64,000 nucleotides of DNA, taken from contig CAWDIV010000001.1 in assembly GCA_963802355.1 (NCBI GenBank), forward strand, positions 10,839 through 74,838. The letters are read 5' to 3'. The notes under the pieces were generated by a model. The model saw only the letters and a program-made list of their open reading frames with translations, did no database searches and was not told the DNA's origin. The DNA is from an uncultured beta proteobacterium. GTDB lineage: Bacteria; Pseudomonadota; Gammaproteobacteria; Burkholderiales; SG8-41. Position numbers and translations under genes: made by a program. Shown piece by piece: positions 61,101 to 64,000 of the stretch. Position 1 is the first letter of the stretch, and each line of letters starts with the position of its first letter.

Positions 61101-61248
61101 GGCCGAGGCTGTGTGAAAACGGATTTTGACGCTAATTTTGAGGGTCGTGAGACCATTACCCGAGTGCCGATCGTCGATCCTAGCGCGTCTAATAGCCTCG
61201 ATAATTTTCTCGGACCTTCAATTTCCGAGTTTTCACACAGCCTCGGCC
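61101..61248. repeat. Small inverted-repeat element: 20-bp perfect IR flanking 108 bp
   Basis: GGCCGAGGCTGTGTGAAAAC (61101-61120) and GTTTTCACACAGCCTCGGCC (61229-61248). It is flanked by GACCGCTTCT and GGTCCGCGACCG, as in the leader-motif copies. Confidence 0.75.
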
Positions 61249-61348
61249 GGTCCGCGACCGTCGGGTCGCCGGCGCAGACTTCCTGAAAGCTGCCGTTAGT
61301 AGCCGCTATCGAGCCGATCTATTGACCCTGCCCGAGAGAGGCAACTGG

Positions 61349-61606
61349 CTACCTGATCCTCCGCTCGATCAGCGCATCGAGCAGCCCGAGCACCACAGGC
61401 CCGAGCTTCCATACCTCGTTTTCATCAATCGCGCCGAGACTGCCCTGCGTGATCCCGAGCGCGAGCTGCTGCAAGGTCCTCCTCTCGGCGGAATCTGGTG
61501 GCATTGCCGCGCAGTGTTGATGGATCGCGCGCAACGGATCGACGCTTGGCGCCGGCAATAGCCGCTCCCTGCGGCGGATTTCAACAAGAAGGTGGGCAAG
61601 TTCCAT
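61349..61606 (-). CDS. Hypothetical protein (85 aa)
   Basis: MELAHLLVEIRRRERLL... ORF. No recognisable motif. Confidence 0.35.
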   Translation of the reverse strand: MELAHLLVEIRRRERLLPAPSVDPLRAIHQHCAAMPPDSAERRTLQQLALGITQGSLGAIDENEVWKLGPVVLGLLDALIERRIR

Positions 61607-61665
61607 CCTCACAGGACAAAAGAAAAGGCCCGCGCGGCGGGCCAAAAACTCCTCCGAGGTTCTAG

Positions 61666-62294
61666 CTATCTCCTACGACGGCTCCAAACCAAACCAGCGA
61701 GGCCGATGAATGCGAGAGCGAGGGATGCTGGCTCCGGTATCACCGTGACGCTAAAGCTATCGAAGCTGAAGCCGTTTCCAGCCTGGTAAGCGAGATTGAT
61801 GGACTGTCCAACGGGCACGGTATTGTTGCTGATGAAGTTATAGACATCGAGCGCAGGAGCCGTCGGGTTCAATGTGATTGCGCCGAAGCCATCGATGGTG
61901 AGTAACGCTAGATCGCCAGTGGTCGCCCCCGTAAAGAGCGATAACACGATTTGATCGAGCCGGACGGGGACGTTGAAGATAATGCTGACGGACTCAAGTC
62001 CGAGGAGGTTGTCTATCAGACTCGTTTCGTCGCCCGTCCCGGGAGCGTTTACCCCAAACCCGCTTGCAGCCGTCGTATTGAGGATGCCGATATTAGCCGT
62101 GAGAGTCGCTGTGATGCCGTCGACTGTCAGCGAGAACGACGACGCCTCATCCACCGCTTCGACCGCTGCACTGCCCGCGAGTTGAAAGAGAGTGGCCTGG
62201 GCGGAAGGCGCGGTGCTTATGGCCAATATGATACACCGGCAGTAAGACCCAGTATGTGCACAGCCGCCAAGAATAGCGATTTCGCTTTCGTCAT
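61666..62294 (-). CDS. PEP-CTERM sorting domain protein; signal peptide separated from the body by one frameshift near 62228
   Basis: C-terminus VIPEPASLALAFIGLAGLVWSRRRR. The upstream ATG 62294 (SD GGGGGAG) encodes MTKAKSLFLAAVHILGLTAGVS in another frame and joins ..LAISTAPSAQA. Confidence 0.8.
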
Positions 62295-62378
62295 TGCTCC
62301 CCCTGATTGCGTGATTTCCCGGATGTTGTCGGAAAATTTGACAGAATGCCCCTTCCCGACCGCTTTTGACGGAGTCGA

Positions 62379-62395
62379 AGCAATATGCACGCCTA
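62379..62395 (-). promoter_or_regulatory. Candidate sigma-54 promoter
   Basis: The minus strand reads AGGCGTGCATATTGCTT (GG-N10-GC), about 85 nt upstream of ATG 62294. Confidence 0.5.
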
Positions 62396-62458
62396 ACGAC
62401 TCAAACCACTGAAACGAAAGAGATTAAGGGGCTGCTCTCCGTATCATCAACCTCGGCA

Positions 62459-62476
62459 TGTAAAGTTTCCCGACAA
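62459..62476 (-). promoter_or_regulatory. Conserved 18-nt box (TGTAAAGTTTCCCGACAA on plus) upstream of a PEP-CTERM gene
   Basis: Same orientation and distance (about 65-80 nt from -24) as at the other two PEP-CTERM genes. An extra inverted copy, TTGTCGGAAAATTTGACA, lies at 62326-62343. Confidence 0.55.
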
Positions 62477-62568
62477 TGTACTCATGTTCCAATGCGGATG
62501 ATTGTCGGATATCGCCACCCGCAATGCTGCTGGCAAGACTCCTCCTACCTCTCTGCCAACATCGCCGG

Positions 62569-63039
62569 ATGAGGCCGGCTGCGTTCTTCCTTGCGTTGTC
62601 CTTGGTAGGCGCAGCCCATGCCGAGACAATCACCGGCCGCGTAGTCTCGATCGCCGACGGCGATACCCTCACGGTGTTGGTGGCACAGCGTCAGGTGAAG
62701 GTCAGGCTTGCCGACATCGATGCTCCAGAGAACAAGCAACCGTTCGGCACCCGCTCCCGGCAATCACTGGCCGCGCTGTGCTTCCAGAAGGATGCCCGGC
62801 TCGAGACCGCCGGCCAAGATCGCTACGGCCGCACTATCGCCACCGTCCAATGCGCCGGCACAGATGCGAATGCGGAGCAGGTGCGCCAGGGCATGGCCTG
62901 GGTCTTTGAGAGATACGCCCGACCGGATTCGCCGCTATACACCATCCAGAACGAGGCTAAGGCCGCAGGGCGTGGCTTGTGGCGCGATCCCAATCCGGTC
63001 TCGCCGTGGGAGTGGCGGGCGCAGAAGCGCGTCAAATAG
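62569..63039 (+). CDS. Secreted thermonuclease (staphylococcal nuclease, SNase) family protein
   Basis: Signal peptide MRPAAFFLALSLVGAAHA, then GRVVSIADGDTLTVL..VRLADIDAPE..DRYGRTIA..GMAWVFERY. Confidence 0.88.
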   Translation: MRPAAFFLALSLVGAAHAETITGRVVSIADGDTLTVLVAQRQVKVRLADIDAPENKQPFGTRSRQSLAALCFQKDARLETAGQDRYGRTIATVQCAGTDANAEQVRQGMAWVFERYARPDSPLYTIQNEAKAAGRGLWRDPNPVSPWEWRAQKRVK

Positions 63040-63232
63040 TCCCCTCATCGGGAGGATGGCGTTGTCGGTTGTCATCACCTTGACTATAGCTCGCTTCCGC
63101 CACTTAGCGACTGGCATACTGGACCATATCGTCCCCGATCATGCCACTCGAACCCCATGACGCACGCGCGCGTGCAAGAGATTCACCAAGATCAGCGCGT
63201 TCTAAGACAAGCCGCCTGATCCCCGCCTGTTC

Positions 63233-63541
63233 TCAGGACGCTAGTTCTGGACGGCTGGCTTCCGCTTGCCTTCGTTCTGAGATTGCCCGCAATGTATCCG
63301 ACAAGCTGGTGTTGTCCGTCAGCGAAGCCTCGATACTCTGGTGCGGTCTGCCCCATCCACGATCCAGCAACGCTGATGCGGCCGCCACTTGTGCGCTATG
63401 AGAGGCTTCCTTGTTGCCCATTACCCTAACAAGCGTTTCGATTGCCGCATCGGTATGCTGGCGCGCAATCTCACGGATTTCACCTAGTCCACTTGGACGC
63501 CCGCCAGGGTTGCCACTTTCACCTTTTTCCCATTTCGCCAC
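63233..63541 (-). CDS. DUF5681-like protein (phage/plasmid associated)
   Basis: N-terminal KGESGNPGGRPSG motif is characteristic of DUF5681. Confidence 0.55.
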   Translation of the reverse strand: MAKWEKGESGNPGGRPSGLGEIREIARQHTDAAIETLVRVMGNKEASHSAQVAAASALLDRGWGRPHQSIEASLTDNTSLSDTLRAISERRQAEASRPELAS

Positions 63542-63600
63542 GTCTCACCCCTTTCAAGCGTGCAGCAGCGTACCAGTTTACTGTAGCGCCGGACCCCGCG

Positions 63601-63999
63601 TTAATGCACCGTCCCGCTGTGCCGGTCCAACAGTTCCAGGAACAGCACGCCGTCCCACTTTTCTCGAGGGACGCGCAGCTCGCACGTCGCCCGCCCACGG
63701 ATCGCGAGCGCCACGATGACGGCCTCAGGGTCCGCTTGCGTATCGGTCAGGACGGCGTACCGTGCGCCGGGTTGCGCGTCCAGCATCGCAAGCAACCGTC
63801 GCCGCCGGGCTTCGGCAGCCGAATCTCCAAGAGTGTGTGCGGACAGCGCCGTTAGCAACTCGGCCTTGTGTGCCCGGATCAGGTCGCGTAAATCGTCCGT
63901 GAGCGCGGCACGTGGTTCAGCCCACACGCGACCATCGGGCAACGGTTTCAGCCTAATACCAGCGGCCGCCAAGCGCATCATCACCTCAGGAGCGCCCAT
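63601..63999 (-). CDS. Hypothetical protein, mobile-element-like; may extend beyond the window edge
   Basis: ORF to the edge. RLAAAGIRLKPLPDGRVWAEPRAALTDDLRDLIRAHKAELLTAL resembles N-terminal modules seen in phage/ICE replication or primase-associated proteins (recollection only). Confidence 0.35.
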   Translation of the reverse strand: MGAPEVMMRLAAAGIRLKPLPDGRVWAEPRAALTDDLRDLIRAHKAELLTALSAHTLGDSAAEARRRRLLAMLDAQPGARYAVLTDTQADPEAVIVALAIRGRATCELRVPREKWDGVLFLELLDRHSGTVH

Positions 64000-64000
64000 C

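Overview
GC-rich proteobacterial chromosome segment; the gene order (glnE, yhdP, nit, tldD, aroG; alaS, recX, recA; ribBA, ribH, nusB, thiL, pgpA, cinA) looks betaproteobacterial. Positions 1-47200 are core housekeeping genes. From about 47500 to the right edge the window is accessory. It holds a poorly coding, lower-GC stretch of small ORFs, three PEP-CTERM proteins, a tandem array of orphan ABC-type substrate-binding paralogs interrupted by an ORF-less group II intron, and phage-like genes at the edge. Five points deserve a second look. (1) A roughly 300-320 nt stem-closed structured element occurs twice, 26 nt upstream of recA and 18 nt upstream of ribBA, and I cannot assign it to a known RNA or IS family. 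(2) Almost every core intergenic gap holds a hairpin element whose two arms are tandem heptanucleotide arrays, with different heptamers at different loci. (3) A conserved 18-nt box sits about 70-80 bp upstream of sigma-54-type promoters in front of all three PEP-CTERM genes. (4) An IEP-deleted group II intron and a recurring leader motif are associated with the substrate-binding paralogs. (5) Many essential genes (recA, alaS, glnE, ilvE, yhdP and others) are broken by frameshifts, which most likely reflects indel errors in the assembly rather than biology. No rRNA, tRNA or CRISPR array was found. All product calls come from reading the translated ORFs; no database search was run.
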